From positions 144,459 to 208,458 of IMG/VR virus record IMGVR_UViG_3300015214_000001: 64,000 nucleotides of DNA; one strand, given 5' to 3'. The first letter of the stretch is position 1. Every line of letters starts with the position of its first letter. Position numbers and translations under genes: made by a program. Shown here piece after piece: positions 1 to 9,861 of this stretch. Under the pieces are notes generated by a model. It saw only the letters and a program-made list of their open reading frames with translations. It did not search any database and was not told the origin of the DNA. The stretch comes from a virus (taxonomy: Duplodnaviria > Caudoviricetes).

Positions 1-230
1 ATATCACCAATCCACTTAGGATCATAGACCATCACTTCATCTTGGGTATATAAGCGTTGAAACCCACTCATTTTCCAAAGCCAGAAACCTGTTCTTACTA
101 TCTCCCAAGGATAATCAAATGCCCATTCCTCTGGCTCACCGAACACGTCTTGTTTTTTATCATTAGCCATGTCTTTGAACCAAGCCCTAACCTCATCTCT
201 AAAGTCGGCTTGGCTCTTAGCTAGTTTGGG
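1..230 (-). CDS. Tail assembly chaperone, -1 frameshift extension (gpGT-like), truncated by window edge
   Basis: The -1 frame from CCCAAAC (224-230) reads PKLAKSQADFRDEVRAWFKDMANDKKQDVFGEPEEWAFDYPWEIVRTGFWLWKMSGFQRLYTQDEVMVYDPKWIGD and stays open to position 1. Confidence 0.65.
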
Positions 231-655
231 TCAATGGGTTCTCCATCTGTGCCTTTTTGGGTCATTTCTTCCCTGACAGGCTTGTATATCTTCTGTAGAC
301 TAGCAAGAGCCTCATCCCATTCTTCAAGGATATGGTAGGGGATATTTTCAGAGAAATACTCATAGCATATTTCTAATTGCTCACCTTTCTGAACCATATT
401 CCACCAACTCTCAACATTGTGATATTCTTCGGGCAAGTCTGGCAAGACATCCCAGTTAAAGATCATATTTGTTGTAAAGACTAATCGCCACGCATAATCT
501 GTAGCCACAGAATCATAAGCATTTGGGAATGCAAGTTTAATTTGATCCTTGATCCCTTGTAATCTTGTGATTGTCGCAATGGTTTGAAAGGCATTGGACT
601 CAATAGTAATTGCTTTGTGGAAAAAAGTTGCACGTTTGCTCATTATATACTCCAT
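221..655 (-). CDS. Tail assembly chaperone (gpG-like)
   Basis: Lies two genes downstream of the major tail gene; ends GAC CCA AAC TAG with an X XXY YYZ slippery heptamer just before the stop. Confidence 0.65.
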   Translation of the reverse strand: MEYIMSKRATFFHKAITIESNAFQTIATITRLQGIKDQIKLAFPNAYDSVATDYAWRLVFTTNMIFNWDVLPDLPEEYHNVESWWNMVQKGEQLEICYEYFSENIPYHILEEWDEALASLQKIYKPVREEMTQKGTDGEPIDPN

Positions 656-682
656 TACGGCTTATCAGCGGTATGTTTAATT

Positions 683-1120
683 TTAGCTTTCTTTACTTTC
701 AGTTTGTTCAGCATCAACCTGCTTTGTGGTTTTCCCGCCACGTTTCGTCTCGGATGTGCTTTCTTCTTGGGTCTTATTTTCTTCTAAATAAGGCGCAACG
801 GCAGCATCCACAATAGCTAACAATTCTTCTGACAGTTCATCAGAAATGCGAGCGTGTCCAGCAGGAACATAATAGAAGAATTGCCCCTTATGTCCAAAAT
901 AAACAGTTGTGGGCGTTGCTTCTGCTGTAGATTGCGAATAGAAAGCGCCATTGGGGTAACGTGTGGGTGTTTGTGAAATGCGATATTCACCCTTATCTGT
1001 GATTTCTCGAACCCCAATGCGCTTATCATCAATAGTTCTGATACTAACAGTCATTTCAAACTCTCCATAATGAGGCATCAAGGCAAATAACATGATCTGC
1101 CTTGATGCAAATACTAACAA
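683..1120 (-). CDS. Hypothetical tail-module protein (true start probably MTVSIRT, ~1054)
   Basis: ORF between the major tail and chaperone genes; charged C-terminal tail. Confidence 0.55.
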   Translation of the reverse strand: MLVFASRQIMLFALMPHYGEFEMTVSIRTIDDKRIGVREITDKGEYRISQTPTRYPNGAFYSQSTAEATPTTVYFGHKGQFFYYVPAGHARISDELSEELLAIVDAAVAPYLEENKTQEESTSETKRGGKTTKQVDAEQTESKES

Positions 1121-2040
1121 ACAATAGAGCCAGCGCTTGATGAAACATAATGTGTTTCATAGAAGATGCCGATGTATTCCCCACCTGCAAACTCTGTAGC
1201 AGGCGCTAAAGGACTAATTGTAACTGCGGCAGTTGTAAGTGACACTGAATCAGCATCAGCCTTACGACCATTGATGTACGTTTGCAATGAGTCTGTTTCT
1301 GAATCGGGCGGCGCACTAATCGGCGCAATTGGCAAGAATGGTAAAGTAACCGTTTCTGTTGCTTGCGTTGGTCGTGCGATATACCCCACAGTATGAACAG
1401 GGTTATCAGTGATGATGTAAACATTTGGGGCCATGTTATTAGACAATCCCATATCAGTACAAGCAAATGGCAAGCCCCAAGGGAAACGATCACCAGTAGT
1501 CGGCACAACAGTATAGCCTGTAGGCGAGTGAGCTTGGAACGCAGGCCCAGAAGAAAACCCTTTAGGCGTTGCCCAAGTACGCGGCAATAGAATTGAAATA
1601 AATTTATTCGCACCTACCGAGCCAGGGTCTTTTGATTGAATACGGAATACAATTAACATCCATGCCTGAGGCGGTGACGATTCCATAATATTATCAGACC
1701 AGATTGTTTGACGCGCATTTAATGTTCCGTCAACACGACTGCCAGATAACATAGCAGATAAGTCAGCATCAGCAGTTGATAAGGTCATTTCAAAAGTGCC
1801 GAGTGAAGTGATACCATAGACAAATGCACCAGTCCATACATCGCCACCCGTGAAGTCGATCACTGTTCTATCTGGCAAAGTTAATGATGCGTCTGTTGCA
1901 TATCGCACCATATACGGAGACATCATTGTGCCAGGCAACACGCCAGGGCCAGCCGTTCCGTAGTTATAGCCAGCATCATCAACTAATCCAATAAACACCC
2001 TATATAAACCGTGAGCATCACCAGTTCTAATTTGTGCCAT
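1114..2040 (-). CDS. Major tail (tube) protein
   Basis: 308 aa, G/T/P-rich beta-type composition, SD GAGGA; sits between tail terminator and chaperone genes. Confidence 0.6.
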   Translation of the reverse strand: MAQIRTGDAHGLYRVFIGLVDDAGYNYGTAGPGVLPGTMMSPYMVRYATDASLTLPDRTVIDFTGGDVWTGAFVYGITSLGTFEMTLSTADADLSAMLSGSRVDGTLNARQTIWSDNIMESSPPQAWMLIVFRIQSKDPGSVGANKFISILLPRTWATPKGFSSGPAFQAHSPTGYTVVPTTGDRFPWGLPFACTDMGLSNNMAPNVYIITDNPVHTVGYIARPTQATETVTLPFLPIAPISAPPDSETDSLQTYINGRKADADSVSLTTAAVTISPLAPATEFAGGEYIGIFYETHYVSSSAGSIVC

Positions 2041-2126
2041 CTCTTTTATCCTCTTAAAATTAATTAATTTATATCTTTAGGCACGATATGATTTATATTG
2101 TACCAAAGGTTTTAAGGCATTTTTCA

Positions 2127-2148
2127 AAAACGTGGAGTTCCACGTTTT
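2127..2148. repeat. Palindrome AAAACGTGGA-GT-TCCACGTTTT (copy 1, inverted relative to the other copies)
   Basis: Same element at 23382, 44464 and 59063. Confidence 0.85.
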
Positions 2149-2653
2149 ATGGTATGCCTGTTTCGTTATATACGATTTGGTTAATAACCGTTAACTCAAT
2201 AGTAAAGCCCCAAAATGCACCAGCATCTACGCCATCACGAGTATAGAGCGTAACCCCACTACGACGATCTAATCGTGTTCGGTTAACACCTGACAGGCTT
2301 GTTTGTGGCCCATCCAGCAATCCTCGCCTGTTAGCTACCTGCAACATGGGGTGTTCTAAGAAGTAGCGAACAGTTGCCACTGCCACTTCTCTAGCTTCTT
2401 GCTCATATCGTTGACTTTCAGTGCCACTAGGATCGCTATAAGTTTTCCCAATGTAAGCAAGTGAATAGCCTTGTTCTGCGAGTTCTTCACCAGCAGACTC
2501 TTGTGGATACGCCTCATCCTCAATAAAGACGAGCCAACAAGGACGGTTAGCGAGATCAATGTTAGACCTTGTATAGTGATAAGCATTTGTGATGCTTGGG
2601 TGTGCATCAACTAGCATGAGTGCCAATCTTGCTGGAACAGTTAATATTGACAT
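2147..2653 (-). CDS. Tail terminator / tail completion protein
   Basis: 168 aa; P-C-W-L-V-F motif and terminal beta strand (FWGFTIELTV); immediately upstream of the major tail gene. Confidence 0.55.
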   Translation of the reverse strand: MSILTVPARLALMLVDAHPSITNAYHYTRSNIDLANRPCWLVFIEDEAYPQESAGEELAEQGYSLAYIGKTYSDPSGTESQRYEQEAREVAVATVRYFLEHPMLQVANRRGLLDGPQTSLSGVNRTRLDRRSGVTLYTRDGVDAGAFWGFTIELTVINQIVYNETGIP

Positions 2654-2657
2654 AAGG

Positions 2658-2900
2658 TTATCTCTTTTTCACCGTTTTATTGGGGGAATTTAACAACCTT
2701 TGGCTATATGTTTTCAGCAATCGTTTAGTTGCTAAGAGTGTTCCTACAGCCGCTTGTATCTCAGGTTCTCTTTCAGCTTCTTTGCCGAGCATGGCAATTA
2801 CCTGATCGACTGTATCACTAACAGTTCTCACGTTGAAAACTTTTTGCGCTTCTAACTGCCCTTCTAGTTCAGCTTGTTTTACCCTGCTTCTATATGACAT
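2658..2900 (-). CDS. Hypothetical protein
   Basis: SD GGAGG; tightly packed in the operon. Confidence 0.6.
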   Translation of the reverse strand: MSYRSRVKQAELEGQLEAQKVFNVRTVSDTVDQVIAMLGKEAEREPEIQAAVGTLLATKRLLKTYSQRLLNSPNKTVKKR

Positions 2901-2917
2901 AAATATTTCCTCCCGCC

Positions 2918-3868
2918 TTATTCTAAAATCATGGAACGTTGATAAGACTTGATAATTGTTAATACATCGGCTGGTATTCCCATTTCAACACCAACGCTCA
3001 TATCAGAGACACCCAACCTACCGCCTGTTTGCAATACAGCTTCACGCCACGTCTTAGCAACCTGTAAGCAGGCTTGGACTATATCCTCAACAACATTCCA
3101 CCGATGTATTTCAGTCGTTGAAAGATGACTAGTTGCTATTGTCCCATTAACGCCACGAATAACAGTCACTTTCGTTTTGTCAACACCAGTTACTTGCATA
3201 AACTCATCGCCCATCTTTATAAGTCTACCTTCTAAAAACGCACGTTCTCCCCAGTTATCGAAAATAGCATCAGGAGGAACTGTGAATGCAATTTGGCGCG
3301 TGACTGCATCAATGTTGGCGTTTAGTGATCCATTTATTTTTATCCAGAAATCATGGGGGTAAGATCGGCTAGGTCTGCTCTCCGCATATCCCCAAATGCC
3401 ATCTATTTTTATTACACCTTCGTTAACTCTAGCTGCATAAGGATAAGAATATCCCCATCCCCCACCCCATGCTTTAGGGAATTTCAACCCTACTGCATAA
3501 TGTGGTTTTGTATTCAATGGCAACAAATAATAGTCTTTATCGGTTAATAGCTGTTCGCCATTTTTTATCTCATTAATGGCAATGAGGTCAGCATCAACAA
3601 TCAATTCAGCAAATGGAAGTCGTCGCCTAGATAAATCAAAAAAAGAATTAGGGATAGGATATTCCCTAACTTGTCGGCTCGGGAAAAAGCTACGCCTTGT
3701 ATAAGTTTCGATATACCTAGTGGCGTGGCGCAGATAATCGCGTATCTTCTCATCATTAATTTGAGTACGATTATCTTTTAAATTCATGTCCTCAACAATA
3801 CCACCCGTATTGCCGATGTCTTTTGCTTGTTCAAAGTCACTGATAAGTGCATATGTTAGGCTGCTCAT
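2918..3868 (-). CDS. Head-tail adaptor (SPP1 gp15/HK97 gp6-like) with inserted beta domain
   Basis: ATRYIETYTRRSF, GIWGY, DIVQACLQVA and IPADVLTIIKSY motifs; insert GRLIKMGDEFMQVT...VIRGVNGTIATSH. Confidence 0.7.
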   Translation of the reverse strand: MSSLTYALISDFEQAKDIGNTGGIVEDMNLKDNRTQINDEKIRDYLRHATRYIETYTRRSFFPSRQVREYPIPNSFFDLSRRRLPFAELIVDADLIAINEIKNGEQLLTDKDYYLLPLNTKPHYAVGLKFPKAWGGGWGYSYPYAARVNEGVIKIDGIWGYAESRPSRSYPHDFWIKINGSLNANIDAVTRQIAFTVPPDAIFDNWGERAFLEGRLIKMGDEFMQVTGVDKTKVTVIRGVNGTIATSHLSTTEIHRWNVVEDIVQACLQVAKTWREAVLQTGGRLGVSDMSVGVEMGIPADVLTIIKSYQRSMILE

Positions 3869-3870
3869 AT

Positions 3871-4332
3871 TTAACCCCCAGTGACGCTTGTGTGAGTAAA
3901 AAACGCATAGGCGCTAATTGCCCCTTCAGTTCCACCTGATAATCTTGCTCTGAAATAAGTATTTCTAAGTACAGGTATCACGTATGATGTGCCATCAGAA
4001 GGGGTTACTGACGCATTTATTGTCGCTTGATCGCCCATTTCAAACCCTTCTATCGGAAACCAGACCTCACCATCGGGACTTGTTTCAAAGTTAACAGTGC
4101 CATCGTAGCCTTCCAATGTTTCAAACCACACCCATACTGCATTAAAATTGCCATTAGACAGCAACATCCCGTTTAATGGGTGTTCTGGATTTGTTAATGG
4201 AATAGGTGGATCAGGCTGACTGCCATCATAAGGTGTTTCGTTGTGTAATGTAAAAACTGTACCATTTGATGCTGATTTGATAAATTCTGACACGACATAT
4301 CTCCTGAAATTAAAACAGCCGATAGCCGACAA
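3871..4332 (-). CDS. Putative virion structural protein (beta-sandwich)
   Basis: GTVNFETSPDGEVWFP and YFRARLSG pattern; within the head module; true start probably GTG near 4293. Confidence 0.5.
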   Translation of the reverse strand: MSAIGCFNFRRYVVSEFIKSASNGTVFTLHNETPYDGSQPDPPIPLTNPEHPLNGMLLSNGNFNAVWVWFETLEGYDGTVNFETSPDGEVWFPIEGFEMGDQATINASVTPSDGTSYVIPVLRNTYFRARLSGGTEGAISAYAFFTHTSVTGG

Positions 4333-4354
4333 TTTCTGTGGCTATCGGCTGTTT
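4313..4354 (-). terminator. Hairpin AAACAGCCGATAGC...GCTATCGGCTGTTT
   Basis: 14-bp inverted repeat downstream of 4374..5234. Confidence 0.55.
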
Positions 4355-4373
4355 CGCTTAATTGTATAAGCTA

Positions 4374-5234
4374 TTAAGAAACGTTCGGGTTTTCACCTAC
4401 CATAGAAAGGTAGTCAATACTTCCCTCAACTTCACCCGCCGCTAATGTGTGCAATGAACCCCACGGGGTTATTTGTACATTTAAGGCGATGGCTTCTTCG
4501 ATTATATGGATTAAGCGATTGCCAACATAGAACAAAGCATCGCCAGTAGGTGTGATAACAATCCCTAATTGCGTCCAAACATTAAGTTCAACAGGAATAC
4601 CTGTATCATATGCTTGATTAAAGCCATTTCTTGCGGTGTTTAAAACCCAATTAGGACTCGCTTCATTTGGATCGAAAGCGAATATTGTCGCATTATCAGC
4701 CACAGATGTGACTGCATCAACAGAGTGATCTGAGAATGCAAACCCGTCAGTCATAGTAACGTAGTCAGCGATGCCGAACTCAAACACCACATCAGCTAAA
4801 GCACCAACCTTGACGTTTGTATTAAAGTAGATATAACCAGCATCATTGAATGCGCCAGTGTACCAATTTAAACCCGCTGCAATTGAGACATAATCATCTG
4901 CATCTGGGCCAGCTACTAACTTTAATACCCCGCCAGGCTCACCCGACAATGTAGCCGCGCTATCATCACCAACCGTTTGACCAAAACCACCTGGATTGAC
5001 ACTAGGTGAATTAACAATAAAGTGGTCAAATAATGCGACATGGTTTGGTGAACCCAATGCCAATGCAGTTAAACCGCCTTGCCACGGCACAAAAGTTGGG
5101 ATGCCAGCGCGTGCGCCAAAGACGAATGCTTCGTTGTTAGCGTCATTTGCGCCAATTTGCCTTTGAGCGATATTAGAGTTATTTTGTTGCCAATATTTTA
5201 AATCATTTGTTGCCATAATGCCCTCGCTTGTCAT
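4374..5234 (-). CDS. Virion protein with concanavalin/LamG-like beta-sandwich; paralog of 24014..24949
   Basis: Shared motifs FDHFI/FDDFI, EFGIAD/EFGFSD, NATIFAF/NAVTFAY, ALFYV/ASFFV, IDYL/ADYI. Confidence 0.55.
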   Translation of the reverse strand: MTSEGIMATNDLKYWQQNNSNIAQRQIGANDANNEAFVFGARAGIPTFVPWQGGLTALALGSPNHVALFDHFIVNSPSVNPGGFGQTVGDDSAATLSGEPGGVLKLVAGPDADDYVSIAAGLNWYTGAFNDAGYIYFNTNVKVGALADVVFEFGIADYVTMTDGFAFSDHSVDAVTSVADNATIFAFDPNEASPNWVLNTARNGFNQAYDTGIPVELNVWTQLGIVITPTGDALFYVGNRLIHIIEEAIALNVQITPWGSLHTLAAGEVEGSIDYLSMVGENPNVS

Positions 5235-5405
5235 GTCACCTTATTTAAATTGCCTTGACCGCAACCCATACGCGGCGGGTATTGCATCGTCAAGGCAAAA
5301 ATAAAAAGATATAGTTTGCGTTTTTGTGTTTTTGTGTAATTATCTGTGCTTGTTTAATATGGAATTGCAGTCGCCTTCTTAAATTTTAACGACTGCAACA
5401 ACACA

Positions 5406-5870
5406 TTAGTATGCAACAAACACCGCGACTTGTTCGTTATAGGTTTCATCCTGACCGTATTCGCCTGGGTTTCTTAACTCATGGTTAACCACAGATAAGC
5501 CCCAAACAGCAGTGCCACTAGAGAAAACAACACGCGCCTGAACATACTTATAGCCTTGAGCATCAATGAATGCACCAGGTGCAATTTCAATTGATTTCCA
5601 TGCGCCGTCATTAGTCTCATCAACTACAAACGCAGCCTCAGTAATCACCCTTGCATCAGTTCCAGTTGCATCTTTAGCTTGCCATAACTGTACAGCGACA
5701 GTTTGCCCTGTTGTTAATTGGTCAAACCAGAACAAGAAAACCGATCTATTTGCGTTGCCATGAACGCCACCAGTTGCAAAGGGGGATAACCAAGGGCTAT
5801 TCAGTGAACCTTGAGCGATTGGTTTGATTAAAGAACGCAATTTATTACTACCGTCCCAATTGTGTGCCAT
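5406..5870 (-). CDS. Putative capsid decoration/cement protein
   Basis: Directly after the MCP; LWQAKDATGTDA...YKYVQARV motif typical of phage head accessory proteins; SD GGAG. Confidence 0.55.
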   Translation of the reverse strand: MAHNWDGSNKLRSLIKPIAQGSLNSPWLSPFATGGVHGNANRSVFLFWFDQLTTGQTVAVQLWQAKDATGTDARVITEAAFVVDETNDGAWKSIEIAPGAFIDAQGYKYVQARVVFSSGTAVWGLSVVNHELRNPGEYGQDETYNEQVAVFVAY

Positions 5871-5910
5871 TATATTTTAACTCCTATAGACAGTTGTTGA
5901 TAAGATGATA

Positions 5911-5930
5911 GTGGGGCTTTTACACCCCAC
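5911..5930 (-). terminator. Hairpin GTGGGG-cttttaca-CCCCAC after the MCP
   Basis: Inverted repeat 8 nt after the MCP stop; U-tract poor. Confidence 0.4.
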
Positions 5931-5937
5931 TGGTTAA

Positions 5938-8922
5938 CTAGTTCATGCCGATTTTCAAGACTTTCAACGCGGCTGGTTGCCAGACTTGACCGCCGACACG
6001 CGCACGAGCAAGGAACAACACTTGATTTCTCATTGCATAGTAGCTGTCATCGAAGCGTTGGATAGAGAATTCAACGCGCTTGCCAATTAAATAACCTCTT
6101 TGCAAGTCACCGAAGATAATCGGGAAGTTGCCTTCTACTGCGTCATCAGCCCATTCATTGTACACAATAGGGCGACCATATAAGAGTTCAGGCATTTGAT
6201 GGCCATACATGCCGCTGTTGCGATCAAAGAATAAAGGATCGCCATTAGCATTCTTTAATTCCATCAATTGACGACCAGTATCTTGGCTCATGTACCACTT
6301 TGCATTTTTTCTATAACCCGCTGGTAAATGCTGGTACATCCTGACTAGCGCATCAGTGTTGGTCAACCCATAAATACTGCCTGATGGAACATAACCGCCG
6401 ACTGTAGCAGTGCCTAGTGACTCATGACCAGTAACTTGCTCGTTAGTAACAATACCTTGAGGTTTACCTTGCCCATCACCACTCCAGACAAAAGTGTCAT
6501 AATCGACTGCCATAGCTTCCGCAAACGTTTGACTAATGTAGTCTTGCGTGTTGAAGCTCGCGTCCTCTAGCATGTTATTTGACACAACGTCATGTAACAT
6601 TGCTAAGTGGATAGGAAGTTTCAACTGCGAAAACGTGCTGGATTCTGTGCTATGAACTAATGTTGGATCAGCAACTTGCTCATCGCCTGGCCAGCGAACA
6701 ACAGCGCTACCAGCACGACGCGCATCAGTAGTGATAACATTAGGCTGGATTAACGTATCGGACGTTGTAGTACGAGTGCGACATTCTGCTGCCATCGCGG
6801 TAGCAGCCATGATGTTGGTATTCAACTCATCTGCCCAATCGGGAGGAACAGCAAAACCACCAGATGGATCAACGCTACCAAAATAGCCCTTAACTGCTGG
6901 ATCGCCTAACCAAGAAGTACCACGAACATCAGAGTTATTCATTGTGCCTTTAGCGTATAAAATACGCTTTTCTGTTTCGCTCATGGGGTTTAATCCACCG
7001 CGCATCCATGATTTAAACGCACGAGTATAAGCGCCTTCACGGTCTGCCTCATCCGTGATACTTCCAATTCTTGAGAACCCACCGCGCTGATTTGGAGCTT
7101 CTGCTTGTTCAGCTTTAATTGCGCGTTGTCTCCAATATTCAGCGCTATTTGTGTCAACGCTTTTAGCAGCTTTAGCACGATAACGCTTTTCGCCTAATAC
7201 ATCGCTCAAGATGGCTTCATCTTCATCAGACGCAAACCCTTCTTGTTGCTTTAAGCGTTTCAACGTCTTGCGGTAAGCAGCGCGACGCACAGAAGCGATA
7301 GCTTCATCTTCATCGTCACTTCTATAGCCGCCATAAGATGCAACAGCTTCTTCGAGATCATCTTCATCAAAATCTTCTTCGTCGTCAAAATCTTCTTCAA
7401 TCACGTCAATATCCTCATCACGCCATGCACGCCTTTGTGCATTCTTGCGACGCATTGCGGCACGCTTAGAAGCAAGATTTTCAACATCTTCCACTGTAGC
7501 GCCGTCAATTTCAATGTCAGCTGGTTCAATGACATCTGTTTGTGTTTTACGACGTAACGCAGAGCGCTTTCCATTCGCATATGCTTTTTCAGCAATCAGT
7601 TCAACTAATGCGGCATCATCTGTGCGAGCAGCTTCATTGTCATAGCGTAATTCTTCAATTTCGCTACGTAATGCAGATTGGTCATTACGAATTTCATCCA
7701 GTGAAGTCAAGATTGCCTCATTAACATCAGCGTTTCTGCGTGCATAACCACGTCTTGACCTACCATAGCGTTTTTCACTGGCAAAATCGCCTAATGGTTC
7801 TTCATCCCCAACGCCACCGATAGTAGATTCGTAATCCCCCTCAATAGTCGCTTCTAAGTCATTTGTCGCAGGAGCTAATTGCTTTGCGCGTCTCAACGCT
7901 TTTTGGCGAATTGCGCGGTAATACTTGTTGAATTCTTCGTCAAATTCTTCTTCCAGATCAACATCTTTTGAACGTGAAACGCTACGGAAGCGACGAACCA
8001 TTTCTTTTTCAGCTAAATCAGATGCCAGCGCTTCGATTTCTTCTTCTACTTCAACTGACATGATTGCTTCTAATTCTTGCGCTTCTTGATTTTTCCTACT
8101 ACGTGCTGAACGATTAATCTTCATTACAGAACTCTCCTGTGTCATTTCATCTTCAAGGCCAGCTAATGTTTCCTCATTCTCGGATTGCATTTTTGCCAGC
8201 GTTTCGTTAATTGTTTCTTGATAAGCATCTTTAGTAGGCCGATGCGGGCCTGTTCTTTTAGAAGATTTACTGTCCTGTACTCTAACCCTATTCTCGAGTC
8301 CTCTTACAAAGTCAATATCTTCTTTAAGTACCGATTTAAAGGCGCGATATGATACTGATGGAACAAATGTTCTATTAGATTTCATCGCACGCACAGCCGT
8401 CTTACTAGGCTGTGCTGGTGTAGGGGTAATACTTCCCTCAATTAATGGCCATACGGCAATTTCGCCACTATCTGCGATTTTAACAAGGTGATCGACACTT
8501 CCTGAACTCCATCCGAAATCAGCAGATTTAACCATGTCATACACAGCCCGAGAATACCTATCTCTTAAATCTAGCTGTGCAGTAACCCACAAACCCAACT
8601 CATCAGTTACTACAGACTTGATCTTGCCAATCTTTCGTAACCCCGCCTCACCATCTAAGCCATGATGATACAAGACTGGTCTTTCTACAAACCAATCAAG
8701 GCAAAACTCGGTATTAGGGGTGAAATATTCGCCTTGCAAATCTGTGTCTTGAGGCGAACCCCACGAAACAAGATACCCTTCTACGAAGCCATAATTGCCA
8801 TCTTCTGATACATATGACTTAATTGCCTTTGTATCACCCGATTTATGTATCAAATTTGCTTGGATTGTTTGCATGTTATCTTTAGTCTTGTTATTTTCAG
8901 TCATTATGATATGCTCATGCAA
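5938..8922 (-). CDS. Fused prohead protease + scaffold + HK97-fold major capsid protein
   Basis: N-term VEGYLVSWG..DLQGEYF..LYHHG..WSSGS..EGSITPTPA (prohead serine protease); C-term GGFAVPPDW, SGDGQGKPQGI, LYGRPIVYNE, IIFGDLQRGY, ARARVGG (HK97 MCP). Confidence 0.9.
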   Translation of the reverse strand: MHEHIIMTENNKTKDNMQTIQANLIHKSGDTKAIKSYVSEDGNYGFVEGYLVSWGSPQDTDLQGEYFTPNTEFCLDWFVERPVLYHHGLDGEAGLRKIGKIKSVVTDELGLWVTAQLDLRDRYSRAVYDMVKSADFGWSSGSVDHLVKIADSGEIAVWPLIEGSITPTPAQPSKTAVRAMKSNRTFVPSVSYRAFKSVLKEDIDFVRGLENRVRVQDSKSSKRTGPHRPTKDAYQETINETLAKMQSENEETLAGLEDEMTQESSVMKINRSARSRKNQEAQELEAIMSVEVEEEIEALASDLAEKEMVRRFRSVSRSKDVDLEEEFDEEFNKYYRAIRQKALRRAKQLAPATNDLEATIEGDYESTIGGVGDEEPLGDFASEKRYGRSRRGYARRNADVNEAILTSLDEIRNDQSALRSEIEELRYDNEAARTDDAALVELIAEKAYANGKRSALRRKTQTDVIEPADIEIDGATVEDVENLASKRAAMRRKNAQRRAWRDEDIDVIEEDFDDEEDFDEDDLEEAVASYGGYRSDDEDEAIASVRRAAYRKTLKRLKQQEGFASDEDEAILSDVLGEKRYRAKAAKSVDTNSAEYWRQRAIKAEQAEAPNQRGGFSRIGSITDEADREGAYTRAFKSWMRGGLNPMSETEKRILYAKGTMNNSDVRGTSWLGDPAVKGYFGSVDPSGGFAVPPDWADELNTNIMAATAMAAECRTRTTTSDTLIQPNVITTDARRAGSAVVRWPGDEQVADPTLVHSTESSTFSQLKLPIHLAMLHDVVSNNMLEDASFNTQDYISQTFAEAMAVDYDTFVWSGDGQGKPQGIVTNEQVTGHESLGTATVGGYVPSGSIYGLTNTDALVRMYQHLPAGYRKNAKWYMSQDTGRQLMELKNANGDPLFFDRNSGMYGHQMPELLYGRPIVYNEWADDAVEGNFPIIFGDLQRGYLIGKRVEFSIQRFDDSYYAMRNQVLFLARARVGGQVWQPAALKVLKIGMN

Positions 8923-9013
8923 ATTCCTACCTAATAAATAATTGATAACTTATGAGATAAACTATGGTTAAAATAATGTTTAATCTCAATAAAATTTATT
9001 CTAACACACTTTT

Positions 9014-9313
9014 TTAACCTTTTTTCAATGTTTTAGAAGGTTTCACATTGCGATATTTGCGCTTATTACATGGTATATTTAAAGATTTCTCTATGTGTCT
9101 TATCATCTGCAATGTAGATAGCCGTCTTTGTTCAGCATTTTTCTTGATTGCATCAACTAATGCTGGATCGCTTTTATCCCCTTCTGATGACAAATAAGCT
9201 GTAAGTGTTTCGTCAGCGCGTACACTTTGAAGTAAGGCGCGACGTAATAACATATATGTATCTTTATGCTGTTGATCTAAAGGCAACATAATTATCCTCT
9301 TTAGCGAAACCAT
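9014..9313 (-). CDS. Hypothetical protein
   Basis: Packed ORF in the head module. Confidence 0.5.
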   Translation of the reverse strand: MVSLKRIIMLPLDQQHKDTYMLLRRALLQSVRADETLTAYLSSEGDKSDPALVDAIKKNAEQRRLSTLQMIRHIEKSLNIPCNKRKYRNVKPSKTLKKG

Positions 9314-9861
9314 TCACGGATTGTCGCGTTTACTTTTTTCTCGGCTCGCGCTATATATTTTTGGACTGGGATATAAGCAGGTTGGTAGCCAGTAATCTTA
9401 TTAAATTCTTGAATATCGCGGGTATATCGCCTAATAGAGCTTTGGCTTTTACCTAGTCCGATTAAACCAACCACATATTTTGACGATTCGCTCGTGTTTT
9501 CAATTTTTATTGACACGCGACCGTCTCTAACCTTTATTTTATATTCATAACTATCAACAATTTCATTTGTCTGTTCATATGGAACGCCATCCGATAAAAT
9601 TGCCCACCAAACATACCTTCGTTGCTTCTCAGTTGTGTATTCAATAGGATATTGGTCTGGATACATGCGCTTTGGCGGTTGCTTCTTTAATTCACGTATC
9701 ATGGGTCGCACATAGAATACTTCAACGTGTCGGCTTAACTTCCTCAATCGCCTATTTCTTTCTGTCACACTGATAGAACCTAAATTTGATAGGTTCTTTA
9801 GTGATCGCTGTAACGCTTGGGGATTTCTAAAATCAATAAGTATCCTGTGTGCAGCCATCAC
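9301..9861 (-). CDS. HK97 gp10-like / minor virion morphogenesis protein
   Basis: Basic 186-aa protein; EKQRRYVW..PYEQT..IENTSESSKYVVG motif resembling gp10-family proteins. Confidence 0.45.
   Translation of the reverse strand: MMAAHRILIDFRNPQALQRSLKNLSNLGSISVTERNRRLRKLSRHVEVFYVRPMIRELKKQPPKRMYPDQYPIEYTTEKQRRYVWWAILSDGVPYEQTNEIVDSYEYKIKVRDGRVSIKIENTSESSKYVVGLIGLGKSQSSIRRYTRDIQEFNKITGYQPAYIPVQKYIARAEKKVNATIREWFR

Noticed and set aside
2127-2148. Palindrome as canonical parS
   Set aside because: parS is TGTTNCACGTGAAACA with CACGTG at the centre; here the half-sites are in the opposite arrangement
8361-8372. Perfect GAACAAATGTTC box in the capsid polyprotein gene (also 18833-18844 in terL)
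   Set aside because: Both lie mid-CDS encoding RTFVP; about one such 8-bp match is expected by chance in 64 kb
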